Shown in pieces: positions 3,799 to 4,051 of a stretch of 4,051 nucleotides of DNA. The number at the start of each line of letters is the position of its first letter. Within the stretch, counting starts at the first letter, position 1. A program made the position numbers and the translations under genes. This DNA comes from Escherichia coli (GTDB lineage: Bacteria; Pseudomonadota; Gammaproteobacteria; Enterobacterales; Enterobacteriaceae), in assembly GCF_024223415.1 (NCBI RefSeq), contig NZ_CP100507.1. One strand, written 5' to 3'. The notes beneath the pieces were generated by a model. The model made no database searches. It had not been told where the DNA came from and saw nothing but the letters and a program-made list of their open reading frames with translations.

Positions 3799-4051
3799 AT
3801 GAATAAACCCAGGTTTAATGGAACTCCTGTTGCATCTTTGGATTCTTTATCTGCGATGTTAGGCATAGAAAGAAAAAGATTGGACTGGATAGTCAAGTCT
3901 GTATCGATGTCGTACAAGCAGTTTAAGGTTGAAACAGGGAAGAATAAAAAAGAAAGGCAAATTTTTGAACCCAAGAGATCTTTGAAAGGAATTCAAAAAA
4001 AAATAAATAAAGAGATTTTTGAGAAAATTGATTACCCTCATTATTTGCATG
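3799..4051 (+). CDS. Retron-type reverse transcriptase, 5' part (84 codons + 1 nt; runs off the window end and continues at nt 1)
   Basis: ATG at 3799 with no stop through 4051. An in-frame TAA at 3775-3777 makes 3799 the only available start. The translation MNKPRFNGTPVASLDSLSAMLGIERKRLDWIVKSVSMSYKQFKVETGKNKKERQIFEPKRSLKGIQKKINKEIFEKIDYPHYLH fits the retron RT N-terminal pattern (Y..F.h.K..G..R.I..P...LK.IQ..I...I). It is absent from the supplied ORF track because it is open-ended. No obvious Shine-Dalgarno. Confidence 0.88.
   Translation, partial: MNKPRFNGTPVASLDSLSAMLGIERKRLDWIVKSVSMSYKQFKVETGKNKKERQIFEPKRSLKGIQKKINKEIFEKIDYPHYLH

Noticed and set aside
3774-4050. Two minus-strand ORFs (3774-3974 and 3859-4050)
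   Set aside because: They are antisense shadow frames of the RT 5' region in very AT-rich DNA. The plus frame carries the recognisable RT N-terminal pattern.

Overview
The window reads as one complete, circularly permuted ColE1/pMB1-type plasmid of about 4.05 kb. The last 253 nt (3799-4051) and the first 887 nt join in frame (cat g|gg gcg) into a single 379-aa retron-type reverse transcriptase (RT) gene.

Backbone (about 1135-2954, roughly 50% GC by hand count):
- RNA II / RNA I replication control and the origin
- rop
- an orphan mobC-like gene, with no relaxase ORF anywhere in the window
- a cer-type XerCD multimer-resolution site

Cargo (AT-rich, 2955-3225 and about 3490-4051 plus 1-1095):
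- An ORF with no ATG start, built from three 16-aa tandem repeats. It begins 4 nt after the XerD arm of cer.
- A 285-nt region bracketed by a perfect 13-bp inverted repeat that ends 6 nt before the RT start. This is a candidate retron msr-msd ncRNA, and it also contains Shine-Dalgarno-led small ORFs.
- The RT, whose catalytic box reads LLDD instead of the usual YADD.
- A 67-aa cold-shock-domain (CSD) protein that starts 4 nt after the RT stop.
- A GC-richer island (3226-3490) of unknown origin that separates the two AT-rich blocks.

Caveat from memory, not verifiable here: a ColE1-like plasmid of about 4 kb from Salmonella Enteritidis was reported around 2001 by Rychlik and colleagues. It was said to encode a retron RT, a cold-shock-protein homologue and an ORF of unknown function, to make an unusual 72-nt DNA, and to confer phage resistance. 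This window looks like that element or a close relative. The system is therefore probably described but mechanistically unresolved rather than entirely new. The structural observations below are my own reading of the sequence.
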